A DNA stretch of 63,208 nt, counting the filler, from Stramenopiles sp. TOSAG23-2 (taxonomy: Eukaryota), in assembly GCA_900128395.1 (NCBI GenBank). It is 12 parts of 12 records of this genome, joined end to end, with 100 filler letters (N's around TTAATTAATTAA, not from the genome) between each part and the next. Parts side by side here need not be neighbours in the genome. Positions count along the whole stretch, not along the records: positions 50,698 to 56,214 come from LT650654.1; positions 56,315 to 61,825 come from LT650655.1; positions 61,926 to 63,208 come from LT653270.1; 9 more parts are not named here. One strand, 5' to 3'. Numbering within the stretch: position 1 is the first letter of the stretch; every line of letters starts with the position of its first letter. The translations under genes were made by a program, and so were the position numbers. The notes under the pieces were generated by a model. The model had not been told where the DNA came from, made no database searches, and saw only the letters and a program-made list of their open reading frames with translations. Positions 50,847-63,208 of the stretch are shown in pieces.

Positions 50847-53800
50847 ATGTCTTCTTCACCAACAAAACGACCATTTTCTGCACCAAATATAAAAAAAAGT
50901 TGGAATGTACATAACGATTTATTATCCAACTTGCAAAATAAAAAGCAAATACAAGACCCTAGTCTTAGCTATGATCTAAACTCTACGCCATCTATACTAT
51001 TGCGTGGTAGATATGCACTACCAACGCTGATGACACCACCAAGACCCAGTTCTGGGTATACAGAAGGAAAAGATTTGAGTCAAAGGATGGAGTATAATAA
51101 TGATGTTGCCAATCGTAGGGCAACGATAGCTATATTGCATGCGGAAGATAAATGGAAAGGTAAAAATAGAAAATTAGGAAATAGAGACATTGACGAGACA
51201 TTGAGAATGGAGGTGAAACAATTAAGGAAACAACGTTTAAAAGCACTATATTCGCCAAATTGGGGTGTAAGTGGAAATGATTTACCTGGTGAATTGGAAG
51301 ATTTATCACTTGTCGTTAAAAAAACTCGTCCACGAAGTGCACATCCACGTCTTCAACAAAAATTGAAAAAAAACAATCTCAAAAGCCGTCCATACAATGA
51401 AAACAAAGATCCTCTTCTTGCTAATGTAAAATTTTCGAATACTTTGAAAGTAATCGAAGCTGGTAAAATACAATACGCAGCGTTAAACAATGCTGATTAT
51501 AATATATTATATGATGATACGGAAGAGATATTTGCTACGAAAAGTGCATTAGGAAGGAGCCAACGATTGGATAAATTAGTCGATGAAGTTGATACAATTG
51601 AAAAAACTCGTTACAAAAAGCGTTTGCGGTTATATCGACATTGCAAAGAGCGCCAATGGCATACATTGATGAAATTAGCAGATGTTATGGCAAACACTAG
51701 ACAAGATGGCAGCCAAGGCCAACATATGTTTGCTGCATTATCTGCTGGATTTGCTGCTAATGAAAGCGCATTGGTAAATGTTGAACAATTTGTTAGTCGA
51801 TGTACATCCTTTGGTTTACCATGGTGGCAAGCAGAGCCCTTGTTACGTGCGTTATTTGTAGCGTTTGATAAAGATTTCAATGGCTACATAGATTGGCGTG
51901 ATTTTGTATCTGCATTGAGAATTGTAGTGAAGCCAAGAGAATCGATGGTAAAACGATTAAGGATGTTTTTTAGCTTATATTGTGACCATACAAAATTTAT
52001 GAAAACCAAACAATTGCTTGAAGTCATCACGTTACATGTAGCAACACCACAAATTAAGCGTAGTTTAGAATCAATTATATTAAATTGGCTCGCTGATAGA
52101 GGCACTGAACATGGATGTCATATTAATGAATTTTTCTCTTTTTTGCTATCAAAAAAAGCAGAGGAAACATTGCGCCTTTTAGCTGAAGATTGGTTCCAAG
52201 CAATGCCGGACGGCTTACGTTTCCACATAGTACATTTAAATTACAAAGATAGTGTCCATGAATTGCAAAAAGCTGATGATAATATAAAAATGAAAAAAGC
52301 ATTTGAGTTATGGATGGGAATGGAGGAAAATAAATTTTTTAAACGTTGGTGTTATGCCATACATTTAATACATTGCGAACGGCAAGGTGCTCGGCATTTT
52401 AATTTTACTGGTAGGCATAGAGGTTTAAAAGCTTGGTATGCCTTGGTAAAACGGAGAAAAGGAAATCGTGAAGATACGCGTAAAGCTGATAAATTTATGT
52501 ACGAGTGGTTAACAATGCGTGTATTTAGGTGGTGGAAAATAATGTACAAATTTTGGATAAAGCGAAATATTGAATACGAAAGAAGAGCTATCGCGATGAT
52601 TGAATTGACACGCAAAGAGCGAAGTATGAAAATTTTGAAACGGTATTTAGCAAGGCGAAGGCAAAAAAATAAAGCCATTGATTATTGGGAAAAATTTGAA
52701 CGAAGAAATTTACTTCGAACATGGAGAGCAAACGTGAAAGTTATAAAATATCAAAGGCAAATTCAAGAATCTTCTGGAGCACTACGGGCTGAAATGTTTG
52801 AAAAATCAAGCGATGCGTTTGTTGCCGCACAGAGGAGAGACGAAAGCGAAGGTTGCAAGAAGAAGAATGGGCCCGTTTGAAGGCAAAGGCAAAGAAAGAG
52901 CAAACAGAACGAGTGGATAAAATGATGGACAGACTTGAAATTAGTATACGCAAATTTGCAGAGGCGGAAGCACTCGATTATATGGCAACTGCGGAAGGGA
53001 AGAAGATGATTGCATTAGAAATGCAAAAAGTGAGAAAAGAAGGTAGTTGGGGAGGCGATGAATTGATGGCTGAAGGTTCCCCTGCACCTGCTGAAGGAGA
53101 AGATCCAGATGCATGGAATGCTAAGCAAATGGTATGGGCGATGAATAATGGAAAAGAGATGGTGAAAATGATAGATGCTGTTGTGGGTGAGGTATTCTTT
53201 TACAATGTTAATACAGGAGAACGCCTTGGAACAGAGGCATTATCTACTAGAGAATGTCGAAAAGTTGCACGGACAAATTACATTAACCGAAAAGTTGCAG
53301 AGGCATTGAGAGCAATGCGAGAGCAACGTGCTATTGATGAAAGGAACGCGTTGGAGAACAAATCATCAACAATAATAACATGTTCTTTCCGTATTGTACA
53401 TTGCAGGAGAAAATTGAAAAATATGGCTAAAAAAGTTTTTACATTAAGAAGCGATCTATATACAGGAGCACCATATTATTACAATACTCAAACAAGAGAA
53501 AAAGTTGCGAAAAATAGGAAGCCATTTGCATTAGGCAGTTATAATTTAGCGCTACCCGAATGGATAGTAATGCGTACGGAAGATGACCAGCCATACTATA
53601 AACAAACCATCGAGCCATTTGAAACGCAATGGACGAAACCGGAAGGCTGGATCCCATGTATGCGTTGTCAAGTAGAATTTGCTGAGCGTCGTTGTAGATA
53701 CTGCGGTTTTGATGAAAACAAAGGTGGAGAAGTATTTTGTCTATTTTGTTGGGAAGAACATCATCCAAAAGATATGCCCCCACCAAATCATTTATATAAA

Positions 53801-53930
53801 GAAGTTCGACGTATGTCGACATATTGTAGTATGTGCCGTACGAAAGTCGCTACAAAACTTTGTTGGGAATGTGGATGTGATACATTCTGTACTTCACATT
53901 TTAATTTAATGCATACCACAAAGCGACGAT
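50847..53930 (+). CDS. EF-hand + Sfi1-like repeat + WW + B-box protein; one gene split by a frameshift near 52830, 3' end uncertain
   Basis: EF-hand FDKDFNGYIDWRDF; AX7xxX3(F/L)X2W repeats; WW-like YYYNTQT and WIVM..PYY..TQWTKP; B-box CMRC..C..C..C..C..HH and CSMC..CWECGCDTFC..H...H. Confidence 0.7.
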
Positions 53931-56214
53931 ATAAAAATGAATTACTGTCCATACCATACATTCTAATTGCCATATCAATCGGTAACTCTAATGGCAATCT
54001 TGTCCTATGTCCTTGCAAATTCTCCAAGTGTTTAATCTTTGACATGTTATATGGAAAAATACGTGCACCTGCCTTTATCAATAATACCACAACTTCGTAA
54101 TGATTATTTAAAATTGCCCAATGCAAAGGGCAACGATTCCATCGATCAAGAGAATCTAAAAACGTTTTTTTCATTTTTTCATTTTCAAGAATCAAAAGCT
54201 GTACACTTTCAAGATTACCTGAACGTGCCGCAAAATGTATAGCTATTTGTTTGTTTTGATCCTGTGCCAAAAGTGGCACATTCAAGTCTATAAATCGTTT
54301 TAACAATGTTGCATCCTTTGACGCGGCATAGTGTATAGGTAGTATCCCACCAGGCGCAGGCAGTGTTAATTTTGCCCCATTTTCATACAATATATTGACT
54401 ACTTGAACATTACATGCCAAATGTAGTGGTGTCGTTCCCGGTTTTTTCCTCGAAATACTACAATTAGGATCTACTTTTTCTTCGAAGAGCAAAAATTTTA
54501 TAACATCTAAATAACCACATCTAGATGCTTCTCGAAGTGCCAACATATTTTCATCCATTACTGCGGTATTTTCTTCCTCTTTTCTTTTCTTATTTTTGCT
54601 ATTTGTAGTAGGAGTAGTATTATCATCTATGATATTTAAACCACTTTTTTCTATATAAACAGCAAAATCTTTCAATATAGGAAACTTAATTAATAATGAA
54701 GGTGATAATACACTATCAATATCTCCATATTGTGATGTTTTTTGATAAAGCGTCTCTTCACCTTTGCTAATATAATCCTTCCATAAAAGTCGAACACATC
54801 GTAATGCCCCAAGACTATCACCACCAAGTCGAAAAAAATGATCATATCTTGATATTTGTGTAGTACCAGTAATAATGGACCAAACTTTTGATATGGCTAC
54901 TTCTACTTTTGTTACTGGCGGGGTTTCATTTGGTTTTGCTGTTAAAATTGGATCTATCTTTTTTAATATCTTACGATCAATTTTCATACTGGTTGTTTTT
55001 GGTAATGTATTTTGATCCTTTAGTGCCACAATTTTATGAGGTTGCATATAGGCTGGTAAAACACGCAAAAAATAGCTACGAAGAGTACTGGTATGAGCCC
55101 AAGACCATATATTCTTTGTTGCTGGTATGATATAAACGATTAACAACAGGTTATCCTTTTCATTACTATGTTCAATAGTACATACACATTCTTTTACTAG
55201 GCATGATTGCAAACAAACATGTTCAATCTCTTCAAGTTCTACTCTATAACCACGTATTTTTACTTGATTATCTATTCTACCAAATAATTGTAGAGTTCCA
55301 TCTTTTTCATCAATCTTGCCTAAATCACCACTTCGAAAGCAACGAATTGTACCATTATTGTTATCATCACTATCATTATCATCATCATTACTAAATTTTG
55401 ACATTTGAAAATATTTCTTATTTGTCAGTTCTGGACGTTTATAATAACCACGAGTTATTTGCATACCAGCAAAAACAATTTCACCAATTTTACCAACTGG
55501 AAGCAATTTCAAATTATTGCCATAAATTGTATTATTGTTGGTTTTTGTTTCAGGATCAATTATAAAAATTTTATTACCATGCATTGCTTTACCAACACAT
55601 GATCGATTTTTATTATTCTGGTTCTTGTTATTATTATTATTATTATTATCATCATTGCATATATATTGCATTTGGACAACAGTAGCTTCCGTAGCACCAT
55701 ATGTATTTATTAATGTTAGCTTTTTACTACTACCCCAAATTTCTAATTGTTCCTGCTTCATTTGTTCTCCCCCCAAAGCTAGACATCTTAAACAAGGTAA
55801 TGTATCTGGATGATACATTCTTGTATTTATAGTTGACCACATCGTTGGAGTGGCAAAAACATGCGTTGCTTTTGTTTTATATAGACATGAATGCAATGAT
55901 GAATGCATTACTGTCTTTGGAGCTAAACAAATAGTCCCACCAGCCTGTAACGTTGCTAATGCATCACCTATATATGGATCAAATGTAAACGCTGTACACA
56001 AAAACACACGAGAATTTTCATCTATATTTTGACCTTGTATTTTTGCATTCATAAAGCACATAATATTTTGATGTTCAACTAAGACACCTTTTGGTTTTCC
56101 AGTAGAACCAGATGTATAAATCATATAACAAAGTGAATCCAAGGATATAGATTGTATCATAGCTAGAAGTGATGCATGTATGTTGTCAATGTTGTCGTCG
56201 GTGGTGGTGGTGGT
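53930..56214 (-). CDS. NRPS-like adenylation-PCP-ankyrin protein (5'-truncated, 3' end uncertain)
   Basis: A-domain motifs YMIYTSGSTGKPKGV, FTFDP, NTYGATE, GEIV, FRSGDLG, GRIDNQVKIRGYRVELEEIE and LPKTTSMKIDRK; PCP FFRLGGDSL; about 5 ankyrin repeats. Confidence 0.9.
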
Positions 56215-56423
56215 NNNNNNNNNNNNNNNNNNNNNNNNNNNNNNNNNNNNNNNNNNNNTTAATTAATTAANNNNNNNNNNNNNNNNNNNNNNNNNNNNNN
56301 NNNNNNNNNNNNNNGACGTAGAATGTCCAAAATCAGGACAAAACTTATTTTTCAATATCAGAATACCAGATATGGTTAAAATCTAAGTTCGTAGTATAAT
56401 ATATAATACACAAAATATAAAAT

Positions 56424-57116
56424 TTACAAGCTAAACGCACTAACAAATTTTTCTGCTAATCCAGCAAATAATTGTGTCATAGTGGAAGATGTTGTTTCTT
56501 CTAACACATCTTTCATTTCTTCCTCTTCTTGTGTTTCATTCATTATTGTTGGTGTTATCTCTTCTTCTTCCAATAATACACGTTCTTCTACCTCTTTCTC
56601 TTCTTCTTCTTTTTCAGTTACAACAGCAGCAGGTTCAAATGTTGATGGTGAAGCTTTTACTTCAAAGGTCTGTTTCTTTGGTTCTGGCTTTTTATATGGA
56701 TTTAATAAGTACAATTCATAATCACCATCTGGTGGGAACGCAAGAAACCATTGTTTATCATTACCTTCAGGAATATTCGTTGGAAGACTTACTTTTACTT
56801 GTCCACTAAAAGTTATAGGTTTTTCCAATTTTTTACCACATTCAGGTTCGTTACGTGACATAATGATAAAAGCAACATTTCCAGGTTGACCTTTATCCAT
56901 ATTTGTTGTCGTAAATGTTGATCCACCATTTGCACAAGTTGTTTCATATGTTACCTCAGCAACTATTTTATTATTCTTTACAAACGGTGGTGTAACCATA
57001 GCACCAATACCATGAAGTTCATACATGGCACCAAACTTCGCTGCATATTCTTCTTTTGAACATGCATTCACAGTGAGCACTAATGTACTTAATAATAATA
57101 TGATAGATTTATACAT
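56424..57116 (-). CDS. Secreted hypothetical protein with an acidic tail
   Basis: Signal peptide MYKSIILLLSTLVLTVNA; 230 aa. Confidence 0.65.
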   Translation of the reverse strand: MYKSIILLLSTLVLTVNACSKEEYAAKFGAMYELHGIGAMVTPPFVKNNKIVAEVTYETTCANGGSTFTTTNMDKGQPGNVAFIIMSRNEPECGKKLEKPITFSGQVKVSLPTNIPEGNDKQWFLAFPPDGDYELYLLNPYKKPEPKKQTFEVKASPSTFEPAAVVTEKEEEEKEVEERVLLEEEEITPTIMNETQEEEEMKDVLEETTSSTMTQLFAGLAEKFVSAFSL

Positions 57117-57324
57117 ATTGTAGTATTTTTTTTCTTTTTATTGTACGTTATCGTATATATATATTATCGTGTCGATTATTATATTATATATGATGACTAT
57201 TCAACGAGTATACCTACTTTTTACACATACAACTGTATATATAAACATATATATATATCTCAGTCCATCATCATCACGGTGATTGCTATATCAGTTTTTC
57301 CCCATACTGTGTAGTGTTATTTTA

Positions 57325-57344
57325 ATGCACGTGCGCACGTGCAT
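57325..57344. promoter_or_regulatory. Perfect 20-bp palindrome containing two CACGTG boxes
   Basis: ATGCACGTGCGCACGTGCAT in the divergent intergenic region. Confidence 0.4.
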
Positions 57345-57986
57345 AAGAGTGCTTCGAATTCCAAAACACATCAATATTATTATACATAAATTACAAATTT
57401 ATTTCCATAGTAATTTTATAATATATTATATCCGATAAATAGTTTTATAAAGAAAGGAAAAAATAGTCATTTTGTAGTCTAATAGATTGTTTATTTGTCT
57501 TTTAAATCATACACCAAATTCCATTTCTAGCTGACTGGGCAGGGGAGATTCTACACAAAATGCTTCATTTTATCATTACAGGTGTGAGAGCTGACTTTAC
57601 TCTCTGATGGAGAAGGGATCCACACACATCCAGGGATTTTCCATCGAGATGAAAATCGCCTTTTAAGGAATTTGTATACAAAAGTATAATTCTGACTTTA
57701 CTAATATTAATACTCCCTTATAGTGTCCGGATTTTGGGCATGTCGAGCGCACACTGCCTTAAAAATGAAAATGGAAATCGTTATATTATCGATAGATAAA
57801 ATAATATTTATAAAATTAATTAATGTAAAAGTATTAACATGCATATACATTCTCATGCTGTTATATATTATTTATTTGTTCATGTACATTACGTTAAATG
57901 GTATACGTCGGCGATTCTAGCACAGTTTGGTAAGAATTTAAAAACCCTACATCTCTCTCCTCCGTATATATATATATATATATACA

Positions 57987-58913
57987 ATGTTAGAAAATAT
58001 GAATAATATCGTAAATGATATATTATTTATACAAAAAATGGATTTAAGTCATATTATTAGTAAAGAATATCCAATACAAATACAACATGCAATGTATTTT
58101 GGTGCATATTGGTTGTATTATTATGTTTTTATACATATATTGTATTATGTTGGTGGTTTAGTCATGATAACTATGTTTAAAACATTTTATCCAAAAGCTG
58201 GGACGTTGAAAATATCACGCGAATTGATAATTGAACAAATTAAATTATCAGAAGTTGCATTTCCTTTATATTGTGCTATACCTGCATTAACCATGCTTTT
58301 TGTCAGGTTAGGTATATCTAAATTACGCGACTCCATTGAGGATACTGGTGGATATGCGAAAAGCATTTTGTATTTTTCCATTTATTTATTTTTAGTGGAA
58401 GGAATGATATATTACGTACATTATTGGTTGTTACATAAATGGAAATGGGGTAAAGATCATTTAAAGCATGATTTACACCATAGTTATAAGCACGAGTCAG
58501 AAATGGCAACTTGGAGTGGATATGCCTTTGAAGCAATTGATGGTGCATTGCAAGGCTTCCCATTAGTGATAGGCACGTTGATCATTCCAATACCAACGGT
58601 ATTCTATGCATTAAGCGGTGCGTTTATAGGGATGTGGACAATGTACATTCATACTGGTACATCTGTGAAATTACCATGGCCATTGATGGGTTCTGATTAT
58701 CATTTGATACATCATGTTTACAATTGGTATAATTTTGGTTTGTATACAATGTTTTGGGATTGGTTGTTTGGTACATTGAAACATCCATCATCAAAAGTGG
58801 ATCATTTTATTCAACAAACAAAAGAAAATCCAAAGTCATTAGAGGAATTGCATACGATGTTTCATTCTGATGATGTATTTAATAGTAAAAATATGAGACG
58901 GAAGAAGAAGTAA
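57987..58913 (+). CDS. ERG3: Delta7-sterol C5-desaturase (ERG3/STE1/DWF7-like, fatty acid hydroxylase superfamily)
   Basis: His boxes YYVHYWLLH, HDLHH and HLIHH; GYAFEAIDGALQ; YNFGLYTMFWDWLFGTL. Confidence 0.8.
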   Translation: MLENMNNIVNDILFIQKMDLSHIISKEYPIQIQHAMYFGAYWLYYYVFIHILYYVGGLVMITMFKTFYPKAGTLKISRELIIEQIKLSEVAFPLYCAIPALTMLFVRLGISKLRDSIEDTGGYAKSILYFSIYLFLVEGMIYYVHYWLLHKWKWGKDHLKHDLHHSYKHESEMATWSGYAFEAIDGALQGFPLVIGTLIIPIPTVFYALSGAFIGMWTMYIHTGTSVKLPWPLMGSDYHLIHHVYNWYNFGLYTMFWDWLFGTLKHPSSKVDHFIQQTKENPKSLEELHTMFHSDDVFNSKNMRRKKK

Positions 58914-59265
58914 AGGGAGAAGGGGGAGAGAGGAGAGAGAGAGATCATTCAAAAAATTTAAAATGCGAACTTAAATTTTAAATATGGTCATATTTGATTT
59001 TTCAAGGCCTATTAAATATCCAAGTGGTATAGTAAAATGTAAAATGACGATAGTAAAATGTAAAAAAGAAAGTCTAAAAAATTAAATTTTTCTCCCTCTC
59101 TCGCTCTAATTTCTCAACACAACACACAACGCTTCGTACTTTTCATCATCCTTATCCCAATTCCCAACAATATCAATATTAGTGTGTGTGAGTTTTGAGA
59201 TTTTCGGTCTTTCTTTCGCTTTTTCGTTTTGAATTATTCGTCAGAGTATTATAATAAATTGTGTT

Positions 59266-59740
59266 TTAAAGCCTTTTGAGTACTGTGGCTTCTTCTTTGC
59301 CAAATTTCTCTGGTGTATTTGCACGAAGATTGGTCTTCCTTTTCACTTTTGGTCTGCATGCATCTCTTTTCCATACACATGCTACACGGGTCCTCTTAGC
59401 AGATGCAACTTTGGTCTTATATCCTTTATCAACAAGGTCGTTGAAAGTTAAGATGTTACATTCACTTTTTTTTGTTGTTGCTGATTTACATGCATCAGCA
59501 TATAATTCATATCGTGCTTTTTTGCTAACCTTGCTTGCACCACCAATCTTTGTTGTGACACGTCTTGTTGCACGTCTTGTTGGCGTTGGTTCATCCTCGT
59601 CTTTATCTTCTTCAGTAGTAGTAGTACTAGTTGTCTCCTCTTTTTTGTCTTCATCTTCATCTTCATCATCAGTAGTAGTAGTTGTCTCTTCTTTTTTCTT
59701 TTTACTGAACAATCCTTTTACTTTTTTACCAACATAAATC
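59266..59740 (-). CDS. Hypothetical protein, last exon or fragment
   Basis: Thr/acidic linker plus a small Cys domain; the upstream part of the track ORF looks intronic. Confidence 0.45.
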
Positions 59741-61269
59741 TTTATCTTATAAATAAATATAAATATGAATCTGTATTGTATGTCTTTCACTATATATCTC
59801 TCTTCACTTGTTCTTGTACATATAGTATGAATGGTGTATTTATGAAGATTGTGATGCACATATGGCAAATGATCTTTTTTAAAATAACACTACACATCAT
59901 TGAAAAACATTGCCATATTTCGATGTGGCCTCCACCGCCCCACTTTTTTATCCTCTGCAGTAATTCGAAAGAAAAACACCTCGTTTTTCAGCCGATTTTT
60001 GGAAAGACGAAAATAGTACAATAATCACTAGTGTAAATACAACTTTTAGTTCTATCAAACCGAGTCCCGATCTCAAAACGAGGTGGAAAGGATGAAAACA
60101 TATATTTTGATTTTTTTCAGGATTTTAATTTTATTAAAAAGGAGGGGAGAAATCGTCATTCGGTACAACAAAAAATTGATCGTGAGATAAGTTCAATACT
60201 ATTTCTATGTTAATTGGATTTGAGATGAAAAACTCACGCTGAACATTTGTATTTTTGTTAATTTTAGTGCTATTTACCTGCTATTTTATGGAATCAATTA
60301 GCAGGTACATACCATTGAAAATGTATATATATTATAAACACACAAACATACATGTACATACATGTGTACAAATACGATATGAATATACGATGTCAAATAA
60401 ATCATATTGTTCAAAAGGTATATTAAATATAATCATTCAATAACCAAATCAAAAAGATAAATAGATTATTTCGTTAAGAATAATATATTATTTATTTACA
60501 TTTGTGTGAAAGAGAATTTAAATCAACACATAATTTGAATCAACGCATTTTATAAATTAAGCAAATTGGAAAATGTTGTTCATTTTACGTATGAAAATGA
60601 AAGTATTAAATATTGTGGCTTTATTAATGGTATTGCATTTACTGGTGTCATCTGTTGTTAGTGGTGTGAGTGTTACTTGTAAAGCTGGTTATGGTGCTTC
60701 AAGTGGAAAGATATTTACATCTGGTGATGCATCACAATGTAGTGGTATATCTAAAATAACAACATGGCAAGAATGTAAATTCTTCCATACCATTCACCCA
60801 TGTCTTTAATTCAGTAATTTGTTCATCTTTTACCTCATCACTACTAGTAATTTTGATTTTTATTGGCTTGTTTGCATCTAGTTTATCGACCATTTGAAAT
60901 TCCATTCCACTTGTAATGTTCTTTCCATACATATCTTTTTGTCCGTACATATCAAGATGATTTGGGATACCACAAGTTCCTTGTGATGGGTCAACTGGGC
61001 GCAAACTTGCTGCTTGATCATTGCCAAGTTGTTGCCATAGTAATATACACTTTTCTTTTTCATCCGACTTAGAATCTCTCAATTTTTTGTTGCAGTTAAA
61101 TGCTATGTATTCGTTTACTACTTTTTCCTTGTATAAACAAACGGATGCACCAAAGTTACCAAATGTTTTTTTCTTGTTAATTACATGAGCATGACGTTCT
61201 TCTGGGGATTTTGCAATATACCCAATCGGGTTTTTATTCATCTCTGCTGCGTGTTCTTTACCAACCATC

Positions 61270-61737
61270 ATGGAAGAAAAAAATGAGAAACAACAAATAT
61301 TTGCACCATGTGATATCAAATTTATGCAAAAAAAATCAAGTGAAACATCAGCATCGCCAGATCCATTACTTACGTCAGTAATATTTGCAACACATGATGA
61401 AATCAATACAATGGAAGATTTAACTGATCAATTTATTGTTTTGACAGGTAAAATGGCTGAAATGTTTGATGGTAAAATTTCAAAATCAAGTGAAAATAAA
61501 ACTGAGGCAAAACGTTTAACAAAATTACTTGGTGGAAAATGGAGTAGTAGTATAAGTGGTAAAACAACCGTATTAGTTGTTGGACCTCGTGCATATTGGA
61601 AATGCAACGGGAAGAAAACACAAGCTGCCAAAAAATATCGTCGAGAAGGTGGAAAAATTAAATTTTGGACATCGAAACAATTTGGATGTTATTTATTAAA
61701 TCGTTCTGCATCAAAATCAAAGAAAGCAAAGCCATAA
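61270..61737 (+). CDS. BRCT-domain protein or fragment (RFC1/ligase-type BRCT)
   Basis: LTDQFIVLTG...EAKRLTKLLGGKWSSSISGKTTVLVVG...KTQAAKK. Confidence 0.7.
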   Translation: MEEKNEKQQIFAPCDIKFMQKKSSETSASPDPLLTSVIFATHDEINTMEDLTDQFIVLTGKMAEMFDGKISKSSENKTEAKRLTKLLGGKWSSSISGKTTVLVVGPRAYWKCNGKKTQAAKKYRREGGKIKFWTSKQFGCYLLNRSASKSKKAKP

Positions 61738-61925
61738 AAGGTATGTACGGTTGGTATTATTCATTGTATCATTAAAATACACTCTCATCTGAATGAAGAA
61801 GAGGAAAAAAAGAAAAGGAAAAGTANNNNNNNNNNNNNNNNNNNNNNNNNNNNNNNNNNNNNNNNNNNNTTAATTAATTAANNNNNNNNNNNNNNNNNNN
61901 NNNNNNNNNNNNNNNNNNNNNNNNN

Positions 61926-63042
61926 CAATTTCCTTATCATTTAGTAATTTTAATTTTTCCACCGCTAATAATAATTGTTCATCATCAATTAATGCTTTAA
62001 TTTGCATTGGAACTTCTTCTACTGGTTTTTCTTCTTGTTTCTTCGTTTTGGAATTATTATTATTATTATTATTTGATGGTGCTACATTCATTGCAGAAAA
62101 AGTTGATGCTGGTGCCTTTACAACATCATTTGTATTCTTCTGATTCTTTTTTGTATTACTTTTCACTTCTTTTTTAATAAATTTAGTAGCCCATGAAATT
62201 TTTTTTACATCTTTGATTTTACTACAATGAAATTCCATTAACATTTCTCGTTCCAATTCATGCATTTCACCTACGATTACTAAAGAATGTAATGGGCCAC
62301 CAAAATCAATCGTTGCTAATTCACCTAATGTACCAGATATCACTAATTGATCATCCCTTCCAACACGTGCTAAACCTACACACATGGTAGAACGATCATA
62401 AATATTTTCTTTACGTATATTTTCTTCAACATATATTAATTGTTGTACGGCATTTGCTATTGACATATAACGTGGGGGCAAAAATACTTTTTTTCCTCGA
62501 CATAAAGCATCCAAATCTGGTTCTTTAACTTTTATATCTAATAGACATAATGTATGCAAACCATGTTGCCGATTAATTTTAATTTTCTCATAGTAACTAG
62601 TTGGTTGTGTTTCATCTGTACTTGAATCTCGAAAAAAGCAAATAGAGATCGTTTGGCCATAGTTGTATAATTGTAAGCCACAACAACCTATTGCACTCAT
62701 AATACAAGCATTATGAAAAACTTTTACCTGTATACCAAGTGCACGTGCTCTTAATGCTAAATCAGTATGTGTAGTTGCACAATACGGATCACCAACGACA
62801 AGGAATGATACATTTTTCTCTTTCGCTTCATTTAATATCCTATCGCTTTCAGACTCCACACATTCACGATCAGCTAATTCTACCTTTTTACCATAATATT
62901 TTTCCAATTTTTCCGTATCTACACCTAATATTGATGTATATGATTCTAAAAATACTTTTTCACTTTTTTTAATTGCATTTAATCCATTGACAGATACATC
63001 ACATTCGTTCCCAAGACCTAAACCTACTAAAAATAATGGCAT
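61926..63042 (-). CDS. DPH5: Diphthine methyl ester synthase (3'-truncated, extended C-terminus)
   Basis: LFLVGLGLG, FLESYTS, LVVGDPYCATTHTDL, GLQLYNYGQTISI, GLHTLCLLDIKVKE, DFGGPLHSLVI. Confidence 0.96.
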
Positions 63043-63208
63043 CTTGGCTTATGGCTTTAATTTAATATATATGTATGTATTAGAATTGTCTTTCTCTTCT
63101 TATTTTTTTTTATCTTGTTGATATCTCTTTTCTGTATACATTAATATGATTGCATGTTGATGATCTCTCTACTCTATATATATATATCCTGGATGATCAA
63201 TAATGGAT

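Overview
AT-rich, intron-poor eukaryotic DNA with poly-Asn coding tracts; a protist, possibly a stramenopile single-cell or metagenome assembly (inference). The window is not one locus. It is 12 unrelated contigs, eleven of about 5.5 kb in decreasing length order plus a partial last one, joined by 100-nt N-TTAATTAATTAA-N linkers, so gene order across linkers is meaningless. Recognisable genes: ThrRS with a fused C-terminal EMAP-II-like tRNA-binding domain, tryptophan 2,3-dioxygenase, DPH5, a sterol C5-desaturase, a PTGR/CurA-type reductase with one spliceosomal intron, an M43 metalloprotease, two PX proteins, an NRPS-like adenylation-PCP-ankyrin protein, an EF-hand/Sfi1-repeat/WW/B-box protein and two large collagen-like proteins. 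The main find is a 3,526-bp Maverick/Polinton-type endogenous viral element (12864-16389). It has AGTAGT...ACTACT termini, ~378-bp TIRs and a perfect 6-bp target-site duplication (CTGGAG), and it retains only fragments of pPolB, the major capsid protein and a basic core-like protein. Also present: a hAT-type MITE (8-bp TSD) nested in a foldback element, several motifs shared between unrelated contigs, and several inversion or duplication junctions that may be amplification or assembly artefacts.
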